IMG/VR virus record: IMGVR_UViG_3300009601_000004
Coordinates: 1 to 64,000 of that record
Direction: 5' to 3' (one strand)
DNA length: 64,000 nucleotides
Origin: a virus
The notes beneath the pieces were generated by a model. The model did no database searches, was not told the origin of the DNA, and saw only the letters and a list, made by a program, of their open reading frames with translations. Of this stretch, positions 18,208 through 27,203 are shown one piece after another (the stretch's first letter is position 1; every line of letters begins with the position of its first letter). A program made the translations under genes and the position numbers.

Positions 18208-18993
18208 ATGTTCAGGACTCAAGACATCGGCGCCATAAACAGCGTCACCAAATACCCCTCGATCCCCACGTTTCACACCATGGGGGGCAGGGGCAAGCTA
18301 GGGCGCGTGAACCTGGCCATCCCCGATGAGCAGCTCTACTGTACCGAAAAGCTCGATGGTACCAACGCTCGAATCATCATTGACCCGCGTGATGGCGACT
18401 ACCTCATCGGAGGCCGCAACGAGCTGTTGTACGCTCGCGGCGACCGCCTAATCCGTGACTCCAACCGCATACTTCTTGCCACCATCGTCAAGGCCGAACA
18501 GGCCGCGGAGAAGCTGAAAGGGGCCAACGTCAGCACGGGCCCAGTGGTGGCCTACGGCGAGGTCTACGGGGGCCGTATCGGGGCTAACTGGAAGACCTAC
18601 GCAGACGACGAGAAGGCTGTAGGCTTCCGTGTGTTTGATACACAGGTCTGGACCGCGGGCATGTGGTTCGAGTGGCTGCACATGGACTCCAAGCTACGCA
18701 GTACCCGCCGGGAGCAAGGTGGACAGCCGTTCGTGGGCGTGGATGAGCTAGAGCGCAATGCAACCTGGCTAGGGTTCAAGACGGTGCCTGTCTCCCCCTT
18801 TGACCTTGAGCCGAAGGACAGCCAGACTGGCATCTTCGCGCAGCTCTGCGAGATGGGCCTTACTACGCAGGCTGCACTGACGGAAACCATCAACGCAAAC
18901 ACGAAGCGTCCCGAAGGTGTGGTCTTGCGCACGGCAAACCGCAGTTGGATCGCTAAGTTCCGCATTGAAGACTATGAACGGAGCATCCGGTGA
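18208..18993 (+). CDS. RNA ligase (Rnl2-like nucleotidyltransferase)
   Basis: Motifs TEKLDGTN, YGEVYG, FRVFD, PEGVVLR, AKFR. Confidence 0.85.
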   Translation: MFRTQDIGAINSVTKYPSIPTFHTMGGRGKLGRVNLAIPDEQLYCTEKLDGTNARIIIDPRDGDYLIGGRNELLYARGDRLIRDSNRILLATIVKAEQAAEKLKGANVSTGPVVAYGEVYGGRIGANWKTYADDEKAVGFRVFDTQVWTAGMWFEWLHMDSKLRSTRREQGGQPFVGVDELERNATWLGFKTVPVSPFDLEPKDSQTGIFAQLCEMGLTTQAALTETINANTKRPEGVVLRTANRSWIAKFRIEDYERSIR

Positions 18994-19150
18994 GCAAGCT
19001 CAAAGAAATCTTGGTCTGGGTAGCTATTGCTCTACTGTTCTGCGTATTCGTAGCAGTGGGAGCGCTACCCTTCGCAGCCTATGGCCATGCCATGTATGGC
19101 GACTGGCGCTGTGGATTCTCACAGTGCCGCATCATCGTGGAGGCCCCCTA

Positions 19151-19348
19151 ATGAGCTTCACACCTTACGCACAGCGCCTCAGCGAGCCGACAAAGCGGGC
19201 ACACAACGCGCTCTCCGATCTGGGTGCCCGATTGGACGCACGGCTGAATCACCCAGAGGAGTGGGACAAGTCACACCTCAAGCAATGCCGCAAGGTCCGC
19301 AAAACCATACTGAAGCTGCAAGGGCAGCTCGCGGAAATCGAACGATGA
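19151..19348 (+). CDS. Small helical protein
   Basis: GGAGG RBS; coupled to the next gene. Confidence 0.55.
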   Translation: MSFTPYAQRLSEPTKRAHNALSDLGARLDARLNHPEEWDKSHLKQCRKVRKTILKLQGQLAEIER

Positions 19349-19581
19349 GCAATCTACGCAAGGGAGAACTGACGTTTGCGGAGCGCTTCATGCGGGCGCT
19401 CCGCAAGCGCAAAGGCAGGGCAACCGTCCGGCGTCTGTCCTGGGACTTGGGTACCCCCGTCAACACCGTTGTGATAGCGGCCAACCGCTTGGAGAAGGCA
19501 GGCACTATTCTGATTGACCGCCCTACAGCCGAGTGGGCGAAGAGTTCGCACCATTGGTACATATCGGAGGCGTCGCCATGA
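19345..19581 (+). CDS. Winged-helix protein
   Basis: ATVRRLSWDLGTPVNTVVIAANRLEKAGTI. Confidence 0.65.
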   Translation: MSNLRKGELTFAERFMRALRKRKGRATVRRLSWDLGTPVNTVVIAANRLEKAGTILIDRPTAEWAKSSHHWYISEASP

Positions 19582-19808
19582 ACCGCGCAGACAAGGAACA
19601 CCACGACTGGTTCGGCGGGGACTTGGTGATCCACATTGAAACAAGTGTAGGCGTAGTCAATCCTACACTGCGCCTAAGCCGTAAAGTGGGGGAGTTTGAG
19701 CCAACACTGCACCTAGAAATCTGCGAGCGCGACCTGGTCAACCTCGAATCGGCTGTTGCAACTTTGCGCAGCATCAAAGACGCGAAACGCGAAAAGGACA
19801 CCACATGA
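19578..19808 (+). CDS. Hypothetical protein
   Basis: ATGA coupling; GGAGG RBS. Confidence 0.6.
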   Translation: MNRADKEHHDWFGGDLVIHIETSVGVVNPTLRLSRKVGEFEPTLHLEICERDLVNLESAVATLRSIKDAKREKDTT

Positions 19809-20116
19809 GCCGCCCACTATGGCAAACAACACTACGAGGGCTAGTCGAAGGACTAGCTCACGGCCCGGTCGTACTGACCGTCACAGTGCCCGAAGAGGCC
19901 GCAGCAACGCTGATGAGCCTAGAGACAACGATCGATGCACAAGCGGGGATGGCTGAAGTTCTGGGCATCGACATGGGGTGCGAAATGATGCACGACGGGG
20001 ACAAGCGCAGCACGCTCACCCTAGAGATCTCCCCACGTCCCGACTTCGCAGCCGGTCAAGTGCTCGAAATGATGGACATGCTGGACGTCAAAAACGGCTG
20101 GGAAGACGACGCGTGA
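19805..20116 (+). CDS. Hypothetical protein
   Basis: ATGA coupling. Confidence 0.6.
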   Translation: MSRPLWQTTLRGLVEGLAHGPVVLTVTVPEEAAATLMSLETTIDAQAGMAEVLGIDMGCEMMHDGDKRSTLTLEISPRPDFAAGQVLEMMDMLDVKNGWEDDA

Positions 20117-20958
20117 GTGCGCCATTCGCCTACTACGGGGGTAAGAAAAAGATTGCTGCATGGCTGGCTGGGCTGTGTCCCCTGCATTGCTTGTATGTCG
20201 AGCCGTTTGCGGGGGGCGCTGGCCTCTTCTGGGCGAGGGAGCGCACAAAGGTGGGCAACGCTGACGCCTACCGGGAAGTGCTCAACGACACGAACCAGGC
20301 CATCGTAACGGTCTACGAAGCTCTGCGGGATGACGCGAAAGAGGTCGAGCGTGTCATGTCACTAATCCCCTATGGGGAGACCGCATATCGCGAGGCTGTC
20401 CGTGTCTACAGGGGGGAGTCGGACAATGAGCCACTGGCGACCCGTGCTGCCTACCTGCTGTTCTACTGGTCCTGTTCCTTTGCAGGGAAGGCGGGTGGAG
20501 GCATCAAACGCGCCCGAACGTCCGAAAACCCGGCCATGACGTGGGCGAATAAGCTCGGGAAGGTCAGTGAGTGGACCGAACGCCTACGAGGCGTCTACGT
20601 CGAGGACGTCGACTATCGCCTGTGTATGACTCGATGGGACTCACCGGGCACGCTTCATTACTGTGACCCGCCCTATGTCGACGCGAACCAGGGCCATTAC
20701 AGTGGGTGGACGAACAGTGACCGCCGCGAGCTGTTCGAGTTTGTCGATACCCTACAGGGGTCTGTCATGATCTCCGGCTACCTAGACGCATGGTGTCTGA
20801 CTTACGCCGGCGATCGAGGATGGGCTGTCCACAGCAAGAGTGTGGCAGTGTCCGCAGGCCGGGAGAAGGCCGCGAGGGTTGAGACAGTCGTGATTAAGCC
20901 TGCAAGTCCAGCAAAGGGGTCACAGGTGCGCTACCTCTCGGCTTGCGCTGCAGCGTGA
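20113..20958 (+). CDS. DNA adenine methyltransferase (Dam/D12 class)
   Basis: PFAYYGGK, YVEPFAGG, LNDTN, YCDPPY. Confidence 0.9.
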   Translation: MSAPFAYYGGKKKIAAWLAGLCPLHCLYVEPFAGGAGLFWARERTKVGNADAYREVLNDTNQAIVTVYEALRDDAKEVERVMSLIPYGETAYREAVRVYRGESDNEPLATRAAYLLFYWSCSFAGKAGGGIKRARTSENPAMTWANKLGKVSEWTERLRGVYVEDVDYRLCMTRWDSPGTLHYCDPPYVDANQGHYSGWTNSDRRELFEFVDTLQGSVMISGYLDAWCLTYAGDRGWAVHSKSVAVSAGREKAARVETVVIKPASPAKGSQVRYLSACAAA

Positions 20959-20966
20959 GAGGGGCG

Positions 20967-21443
20967 ATGACGTTGTGCCTCGCCGACCTGTGGGATGCGA
21001 AAAAGCTCGAAGCTATCCCTGACGGGTCGGTGTGGCGCTACTTTGGCGAACCGCCTTTTGTCTGGCCACCTCTTCACGACGACCAGTTCGACTACATAGT
21101 GCAGCGCGTAGGTCGCTTCACGCTCAACCCGCTGACACACATGGGAAGCGCGACGATCAGTGCCATAGTCGCGCATCTCGCTGGACGGTCTCAAGTGGGT
21201 GTCGAGCTGGCTGTAGGCCCGTGCCGCCCTACTGTCCTCATGGGGGGCAAGCTGCAGCCATCACCCGAGGGGGTAGAGGTCACCCTCTGCCGGTACCCGT
21301 ACCGCGAGCTGCGCGTGTGGCGACCCTACGCGAACGATGTGCCAGCACTAGCCGGCTTGGACTCAAAGCGACCTTCTGACGCGGCGCGTGCCAAGGTAGC
21401 GGTTGCTCTGGCCCTGCTCGCGCGGGGCCAGAGCAACGACTAG
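20967..21443 (+). CDS. Hypothetical protein
   Basis: GAGGGG RBS. Confidence 0.55.
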   Translation: MTLCLADLWDAKKLEAIPDGSVWRYFGEPPFVWPPLHDDQFDYIVQRVGRFTLNPLTHMGSATISAIVAHLAGRSQVGVELAVGPCRPTVLMGGKLQPSPEGVEVTLCRYPYRELRVWRPYANDVPALAGLDSKRPSDAARAKVAVALALLARGQSND

Positions 21444-22081
21444 AAGGGGCAATCTTGCGGATATTTTGTCGCCTGGGTGCGGGCTTCCGCAGCATAGAAC
21501 GTGGCGACCATGGCACCTAGAACCGCTTGTGCTTTCACCAGGCGGTCTGCCAGACCTCGGCTAATCAGGCCATGGGAGGCAACCCCCGTCACGTTGAGTT
21601 CAACCAAAGCGTGTAGCTGTTCCCACTCCTTTGTGTACTTGAGGCCGATGCGCGCCAGCTTAGGTGTGAAGTCGGTAGCTGTGCAGCAGCTTTCCACGTT
21701 TGCAACGCGGTCAGCCGTCTTTACCAGACTCGCCAACGGGTTCTTGTAGCAAGCCGTCAGGTACTCTGAGCGGCTCCTTGTCTCACGATGGCTAAGTGCT
21801 TGGAGCGCCATTAAGAACTGGTCCTCCGCGAAGCCAGGCACCCGAGCCACCCAAGCGGACAGAGCGCTAAAGGTCTCAGCGGGCACAAGTGCGTCCTCTA
21901 CCGCGTCGTGCAAGTAGCCCAAGCAGATGACGTCCATCGCATGGTAGTCGTGGGTGCGCAGGACGCGTACGACAGCATCTAGGTGAACGCTGTAGGGCAG
22001 TCCACCGTAGGTGACCCCTGCCTCTTCCGCAGCTACGCTGCCGGCGTTACGGGCCTGCTCGATGATTTGATAAAGGTGCAT
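21440..22081 (-). CDS. HD-domain hydrolase, SpoT/Mesh1 (small alarmone hydrolase)-like
   Basis: PYSVHLDAV, YLHDAVED, LVKTADRVAN. Confidence 0.8.
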   Translation of the reverse strand: MHLYQIIEQARNAGSVAAEEAGVTYGGLPYSVHLDAVVRVLRTHDYHAMDVICLGYLHDAVEDALVPAETFSALSAWVARVPGFAEDQFLMALQALSHRETRSRSEYLTACYKNPLASLVKTADRVANVESCCTATDFTPKLARIGLKYTKEWEQLHALVELNVTGVASHGLISRGLADRLVKAQAVLGAMVATFYAAEARTQATKYPQDCPF

Positions 22082-22086
22082 TAGAG

Positions 22087-22302
22087 TTAATCCTTGCGCG
22101 CGACGTTGTTGTTTGGCCAGACGGCTGCAGGTGCCAGCCACGTCTGAAGTTTCTGCACGATGTCAGGGCTAAGGTACACGCGGTTCCTTGCCTCTTCAAT
22201 GAGGTGGGAGTCGGTTGTCAGTACGATTTCGCCGTCGTACCTGCCGGGTGAGACGTAGACACCATCACCAAGGTAAGACGCGGCTTTTTTCTGGTCGGGC
22301 AT
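22087..22302 (-). CDS. Small phage protein (YLGDGVY motif)
   Basis: TAATG coupling; GAGG RBS. Confidence 0.65.
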   Translation of the reverse strand: MPDQKKAASYLGDGVYVSPGRYDGEIVLTTDSHLIEEARNRVYLSPDIVQKLQTWLAPAAVWPNNNVARKD

Positions 22303-22550
22303 TAGAGGGCCTCTTGGCAGGAGCCGCACCAATCTTGCGGCATGACTGCGTGGTATTTAGCGAGTGCGAGCGTCTCGTGGTTGATCAAGGCGCCATGGGC
22401 TTCACACACTGTCACCCAAGGCAAAGCGCCGTCGCCGTCATCCATACCGGCCTGCTCTGCGTTGTAGACGCCGACCTTAGTGCCTGTTGTGCGAGCTGTC
22501 CGTAGCCTTACGCAGCCTGCGAGGCCGTGTGCGCTGTAGTCGCGGGCCAT
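22302..22550 (-). CDS. Small Cys/His protein
   Basis: WVTVCEAHG...WCGSC; coupled. Confidence 0.65.
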   Translation of the reverse strand: MARDYSAHGLAGCVRLRTARTTGTKVGVYNAEQAGMDDGDGALPWVTVCEAHGALINHETLALAKYHAVMPQDWCGSCQEAL

Positions 22551-23341
22551 CACTTCACCTCCTGAAGACGCGGGGCTAGTGGGATGTGCTTCCGCACGAT
22601 GGCAGCATGAGCAGCAGCATGAGTAGTAATATAAGCAGCAGCATCAGCAGCATCAGCAGCATAAGCCGCATGAGCAGCAGCAGTAGCAGTAGCAGCAGCA
22701 TAAGCCGCAGCCACATCAGCAGCATCAGCAGCATCACGAAGGGCTCTGCGCGGTACGTCTTCCCCTGCTGCCCAGCGTTCGGCTAGTTCAACGGCCCGTA
22801 GGGGGCGCAGCTCGCCGGCAGGCATTCCACTCAACCGAGTACGAGCACACGCGCAGGCAATGCGGACTAAAGTTCGGTGTGTCTCATCACCAGCTTCCCG
22901 CTTGGTCAGCCGTGAATAGAGCCAGAGGAGCCAGTCACCACGCGGGCATGTATCCCAGGCCGCTTGCCAGTCGGTCTTACCCCCTAGCCACTCAACGGCA
23001 TCTTCGCAGGGGCCGAGGTGTGCAATCTGTTCGCCGATTGTCTCGGGCTGCTTAGCGTGCTCGTCGCTGACCCACTGGTGCAGAGCTTCGATGCGCGCGT
23101 GGGTCGCCAGCGACGTGGACGCGGGGATCATCAGCTCGCAGCCCACCACATTCTGATGGTTGTCGAGGTAGCGGACGACGAGGACCACGCCCACGTCGGG
23201 GACCGTCCAGAAGGTGGCCTCTTTACGGTTCCCCTCGGTCGTATCGAGTTTGCGGGCGCCAATGGCGGAGAGAGCCTCCTCAATAACGAGTGCAGCGTTG
23301 CGACGGGAGGCGGTGAAGATGGAGGTAGGTAGAAATGCCAT
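22550..23341 (-). CDS. Phage protein with Imm5-like helical region and Ala-rich repeat
   Basis: AAGGA RBS; AWDTCPRGDWLLW, RPLRAVELAERWAAGE, AAAYAA repeat. Confidence 0.7.
   Translation of the reverse strand: MAFLPTSIFTASRRNAALVIEEALSAIGARKLDTTEGNRKEATFWTVPDVGVVLVVRYLDNHQNVVGCELMIPASTSLATHARIEALHQWVSDEHAKQPETIGEQIAHLGPCEDAVEWLGGKTDWQAAWDTCPRGDWLLWLYSRLTKREAGDETHRTLVRIACACARTRLSGMPAGELRPLRAVELAERWAAGEDVPRRALRDAADAADVAAAYAAATATAAAHAAYAADAADAAAYITTHAAAHAAIVRKHIPLAPRLQEVK
22601..22738 (-). repeat. Degenerate (GCT)n trinucleotide repeat encoding the Ala-rich tract
   Basis: 42 of 46 codons end in T by manual count, unlike the GC-rich flanks. Confidence 0.85.
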
Positions 23342-23391
23342 GGAGAGTCCTTGGGGTGTGCGTGAGGGGCGGAAGGCCCCCAAGCACAAAA

Positions 23392-23443
23392 ACCATACTT
23401 CACCCGCTGGCGGGTTGCAACCCGGCGGCGGGTGATTTATACT
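23392..23443. promoter_or_regulatory. Bidirectional promoter sharing one palindromic -35 (TTGCAA), with an operator in each spacer
   Basis: Plus strand: TTGCAA(23415-20)-N17-TATACT(23438-43). Minus strand: TTGCAA-N17-TATGGT(23397-92). Operators at 23402-23415 and 23420-23433. Confidence 0.8.
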
Positions 23444-23491
23444 CTTTGTGTCGGCGGCGCTCCCGCTTCCGATTCCCCCTCGGAGTTCCCC

Positions 23492-23809
23492 ATGAACCGC
23501 CACGCCAAGATTCCCGCCGACATGGGCCGCCCGCGCCCGCTGGGCTGGCCCGAAGAGACACCACTGTACTTCACGGACAATGACGCTGTGCTCTGCCGGA
23601 AGCACATGGGCAGCGCCGCAGCGCGCACAGGGCTCGACATCAGCGGACAGCCTGTCAGGTGGGTGGCTCCAGAAAACCGCCAAGAGTGGCGGGATGCTGG
23701 CCTCGGTGACATCCAGTGTGAGACCTGCAAAGCGCAGTTTGCCCGCCAGACCGAAGAGGCCCAGAGGCTCGCCCAGATGCTCGCAGAGGCTGGCCATGCA
23801 CCTGAGTGA
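23492..23809 (+). CDS. Hypothetical Cys-containing protein
   Basis: GGAG RBS; first gene after the promoter. Confidence 0.7.
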   Translation: MNRHAKIPADMGRPRPLGWPEETPLYFTDNDAVLCRKHMGSAAARTGLDISGQPVRWVAPENRQEWRDAGLGDIQCETCKAQFARQTEEAQRLAQMLAEAGHAPE

Positions 23810-24194
23810 CACCTACAAGGCGTTGGAGCGAATAGCGGCGCACGGTTGGTACAGCAATGTCGCGGGTACGTGTGACTTGGTGACGTGGTGTGTGCAGGTC
23901 GCGGACGGCGAGGCAGAGCACGATGACGAGTTCGACTACCTCGGACCCACCGCTTTTATCAAGCTCACCCAGCAGGGCTATGAGACCCTACATGCGCACC
24001 TCCACATGCGGGTCAATCTGGAGTTCGCGAACAAGCGCATGTCAGCGCTCGCCGATGAGCGCAAGGTCACGAGGGAACGCCGTTTCGAGATCACAAACGT
24101 CGCACTCTGGCTTGAACAGGGCATGGCAGAGGGCGAAATCCTTACCAAGCTCGCCTCTATGCGGAAAGTCCGCAAAGACGTAGTGGCCTCGTGA
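23796..24194 (+). CDS. Hypothetical protein
   Basis: GAGG RBS; position in operon. Confidence 0.6.
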   Translation: MHLSDTYKALERIAAHGWYSNVAGTCDLVTWCVQVADGEAEHDDEFDYLGPTAFIKLTQQGYETLHAHLHMRVNLEFANKRMSALADERKVTRERRFEITNVALWLEQGMAEGEILTKLASMRKVRKDVVAS

Positions 24195-24739
24195 GGGTCA
24201 CACAGATCCAGTGGCACCCGGCGACCACGCCACCTGACCACGTCAGCGAGGTACTGGTTTTACTGGATGAACAACAGTTCGCCCGTGTGGGCCACCACGA
24301 CGAGCGCTGGTACGTCACCGAGATGCAGCGCTGCCAGCCTTGTGAAGCGGTCGTACAATGGGCAGAGATGCCAGAGAAGCCGTCGCCCTATGAGTGCGCG
24401 ACAGACATCGAGGGTGCCACAGTAGAGGAGCAGTCAGACGCCGACCTCAAGACTGCTCAGAGCAAGACTCGCGCGGTGGGTGAGTTGCCCAACGGTGATC
24501 CGGTGTGGTTCGACACCTTCGGCAATGTCTTGGTAGGCACGCAGTACGCGGGAGTGTACGGTGTGAGCACACCCTACACAGTGCAAGACCTCCCGGAAAA
24601 GGGGCAAACACTCAGGGTCACGGTGTGGGCCTACCTCCAGGGGATGGATCGGGGCACCAACATACTGGGCACCCTGGCGGACGTGGAGCGTAAAGTTGTA
24701 GCCGAGCTGGCCCGCGGGCAAGCAGTGCCCCATGGCTAA
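24191..24739 (+). CDS. Hypothetical protein, DUF551-like N-terminus
   Basis: WHPATTPP...VLV...VVQWAEMPEKP. Confidence 0.55.
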   Translation: MRVTQIQWHPATTPPDHVSEVLVLLDEQQFARVGHHDERWYVTEMQRCQPCEAVVQWAEMPEKPSPYECATDIEGATVEEQSDADLKTAQSKTRAVGELPNGDPVWFDTFGNVLVGTQYAGVYGVSTPYTVQDLPEKGQTLRVTVWAYLQGMDRGTNILGTLADVERKVVAELARGQAVPHG

Positions 24740-25376
24740 ACCACCAAGACTGTCAGGCCGTGAGATACACAAGCGGCTCAAAAAGGCCGGCTTCGCCTAC
24801 GAGTCAAAGCGGGGCGCAGGCGCACACGCGGTGTTCTATTGGCCGGAAGGTATCGAGGTACCCAAAGGGATGGCGAACCCCATCGTTACGAGCTTCACAA
24901 ACAGTGGAAAGGATGCCGATCTTACCGGGGTGCGCCAGTGTCTCGACGCCGTCGAAGAGGTGAACAAACAACGGCCCAAAGGGGCGAACAAGCGTCTAAA
25001 CCCTAACCTAGAGGTCGAGCTGATGGCGCCGCTGGGACCGGGCCCGAAGCCGCTCCCGAAGCGCCGCCGCCCACCACCGGTACCCGTAGTCATGCGGCCC
25101 AAACGCAAACCCAAACCCCCAACGAAGGAAGTACCAGGCATGTCGGTACCGTCAACGCCAGCGACCACACCCGTAGACACCAACGTGATCATCGACCTAG
25201 AACCCGCCGGACTGGCCCTACTGGTCCGCATTGAGGACATCCTTCGAGCTGCGGCGGACCCGCACGACTTGGGTGTCGCAGTGACCATCGACCGCCAACA
25301 CCTGCTGAAGCGGGCGCTGGTCCAAGGGTTGACAGCCATTCAAGCGCGGCTCAGTCCCGCAAAGCCGGTGACGTGA
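24732..25376 (+). CDS. HicA-like domain fused to a Pro-rich linker and helical C-terminal domain
   Basis: PRLSGREIHKRLKKAGF...RGAGAHAVF resembles HicA (GSH motif reads GAH). Confidence 0.6.
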   Translation: MAKPPRLSGREIHKRLKKAGFAYESKRGAGAHAVFYWPEGIEVPKGMANPIVTSFTNSGKDADLTGVRQCLDAVEEVNKQRPKGANKRLNPNLEVELMAPLGPGPKPLPKRRRPPPVPVVMRPKRKPKPPTKEVPGMSVPSTPATTPVDTNVIIDLEPAGLALLVRIEDILRAAADPHDLGVAVTIDRQHLLKRALVQGLTAIQARLSPAKPVT

Positions 25377-25624
25377 TGAGCAAGGAATACAAAGTCCGCA
25401 TAACGGTCCCAACCTACATCTTCGTCACATACGACGTCACAGTCACGGCAGATGACGCAGACGACGCAATCGACAAAGCGTTTGATGTGCAGCTCGCTGA
25501 GGACAGACTGCCCTACAGGGCCACAGACGGCAGTATCGCGTCGCGCAACGGCACTAAGCTCGCTGGGGGTGACCGCGACAACATGGACTACGACGAAGCC
25601 GACGCTGAGGTGGTGGATGAGTGA
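25376..25624 (+). CDS. Small acidic protein
   Basis: TGATG coupling. Confidence 0.6.
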   Translation: MSKEYKVRITVPTYIFVTYDVTVTADDADDAIDKAFDVQLAEDRLPYRATDGSIASRNGTKLAGGDRDNMDYDEADAEVVDE

Positions 25625-25886
25625 TCAAGAGGGTGACAGCAGCACAGACGCCGGTATCGACATGGCAAACGCTGAAACACCCATCAACTGCACAACGTGT
25701 GTGTCGCTAGACGACTCCTGCGACCATCTCTCCTGCCGGGTGTCCTGTGCGTGGAGCAGGATCGGTAAGCAGTGCAGGAACAAGGACGCACTGAAGGAAC
25801 CAAAGAGCGCGCTCCTGCACGTCCATGCGTCCCTTAGAGACCCTGAAACATCGGTGAACTGCCCACATTGGCAAGGAAGTAGCTAA
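25617..25886 (+). CDS. Small Cys-rich protein
   Basis: GAGG RBS; overlap coupling. Confidence 0.55.
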   Translation: MSDQEGDSSTDAGIDMANAETPINCTTCVSLDDSCDHLSCRVSCAWSRIGKQCRNKDALKEPKSALLHVHASLRDPETSVNCPHWQGSS

Positions 25887-26275
25887 TGGCCATGAACAAA
25901 AAAGAGAAGGCGGCGATGGCTGCACTCGAACGCAACATCTCACTTCGTTGGAGTGACCCAACCAACGAGGAGCTGATGCCCGACTTGCCCGAACCGCAGT
26001 ACGGCGGCACGACGGTGCTGGGTTGGACGGTCAATTATCACAAGATGCGTGCCGACGGGTTGTGTGGAGCGGTTCATGCCACAACGTCCGAAAGCGCAAG
26101 CCACCACTCGGGGCACACGCCAAAGGCCCACGGTTCCCAGGGGCCCATCGCACAGCACAGCACTCGCCTTCGTGCCCTTCGTGCCCTGCGCCGCCAGGTG
26201 GAGCGGCAGAGTGCGAAGCAGCTCGCCCTTATTGACATCGAGATGCGGGCAGAGCTGGCAAAAGGGACGAGCTGA
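25886..26275 (+). CDS. Hypothetical phage protein
   Basis: TAATG coupling. Confidence 0.7.
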   Translation: MAMNKKEKAAMAALERNISLRWSDPTNEELMPDLPEPQYGGTTVLGWTVNYHKMRADGLCGAVHATTSESASHHSGHTPKAHGSQGPIAQHSTRLRALRALRRQVERQSAKQLALIDIEMRAELAKGTS

Positions 26276-26571
26276 TGCCGACGGGTACCGACGCATACTT
26301 TCGATGCCGAAAATGCTCCCATAAGTATGGGGGGCTGTGGCGCATCCCTGACCACCTGCAAGCAGGTATCCGTCGTACTGGCCGGACAAAGGTTGTGAAG
26401 CCGCGTGGAAGGATTCGGGGAGGCACAGCGCACGAATACACCTGCCCGTGCGGGCATACCGGGTGGAGCAAGCACTTCGCTATCGAAAAAGAAATTGCAC
26501 TCTCACCCCCTAGCGAGTCGCCGAAGGATGTCGAGCTGCGTTTCAAACTTGAGAAGGACGGCACACCGTGA
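26275..26571 (+). CDS. Zn-ribbon protein
   Basis: CRKC...CPCGH; TGATG coupling. Confidence 0.6.
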   Translation: MPTGTDAYFRCRKCSHKYGGLWRIPDHLQAGIRRTGRTKVVKPRGRIRGGTAHEYTCPCGHTGWSKHFAIEKEIALSPPSESPKDVELRFKLEKDGTP

Positions 26572-26816
26572 AAGCGAAAGAGACCGGGAGATTCAGGGGA
26601 CACAGGGCGCGTCATCTGATGGACTTAGAGCACACGCTCTGTGGCATGGCCATCGACATTTACGTGCTCGACGAGGGTGATGGTGAGTGGGTACCTGACC
26701 CGTCGATGGCGTCCTACGCCATCAGTTGTAGCGCATGTGCCGCTGTGATCAATCTGTGCAAAGGCGTTCGCCTGTCGCGCAACCTTCACCCACCACGAGC
26801 ATCGGAAGACACATGA
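26568..26816 (+). CDS. Small Cys/His protein
   Basis: HTLCG...CSAC; GTGA coupling. Confidence 0.6.
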   Translation: MKAKETGRFRGHRARHLMDLEHTLCGMAIDIYVLDEGDGEWVPDPSMASYAISCSACAAVINLCKGVRLSRNLHPPRASEDT

Positions 26817-26842
26817 GCGACAAACGAGCGGCAGAAAGTAGC

Positions 26843-26879
26843 TTGCACCCGCCAGCGGGTTCGGTTACCGCTGGCGGGT
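26843..26879 (+). promoter_or_regulatory. Operator pair with a -35-like TTGCAC
   Basis: ACCCGCCAGCGGGT at 26847-26860 and TACCGCTGGCGGGT at 26866-26879; the -10 match is weak. Confidence 0.65.
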
Positions 26880-26912
26880 CAGCATTACCGCCGACCTTCC
26901 CCCGGAGTTCCC

Positions 26913-27110
26913 ATGAACAACATCCAGACCGCTGCCGAAACCATTGTGGACAGCATGAGTGACGCAGAGCTGCACAGATACGTGCGGAAGGAGTGGCACG
27001 ACGGCATCAGTGCGATGCTCGTGGATGACTGGGAAGGGCTCGACCTTGAGGAGCTGCTTGACGCAGTCGACGCTCTAGTGCTCACAGGTGCGCCACCTAG
27101 CGACGACTGA
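26913..27110 (+). CDS. Small acidic protein
   Basis: GGAG RBS; its leader resembles that of 23492. Confidence 0.65.
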   Translation: MNNIQTAAETIVDSMSDAELHRYVRKEWHDGISAMLVDDWEGLDLEELLDAVDALVLTGAPPSDD

Positions 27111-27116
27111 TTATCG

Positions 27117-27183
27117 CGGAGGCGTTCGGTGTGTGCATCCTTGTTGGGTCTACGCACACACCGAACGTCTCCGTTTTTTTTTT
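27117..27183 (+). terminator. Long-stem intrinsic terminator or attenuator
   Basis: 20-bp stem (27117-36 with 27154-73, one G-U pair) followed by T10. Confidence 0.8.
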
Positions 27184-27203
27184 CATGACGGAGGACGACG
27201 AAG

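Noticed and set aside
22601-22738. Diversity-generating retroelement variable region
   Set aside because: No reverse transcriptase or template repeat in the window, and the pattern fits decay of a GCT repeat.
22586-22786. Poly-Ser ORF on the plus strand
   Set aside because: Shadow of the (GCT)n Ala tract in the minus-strand gene; no RBS.
27117-27183. tRNA gene
   Set aside because: A single long hairpin plus T-run, with no cloverleaf or T-loop consensus.
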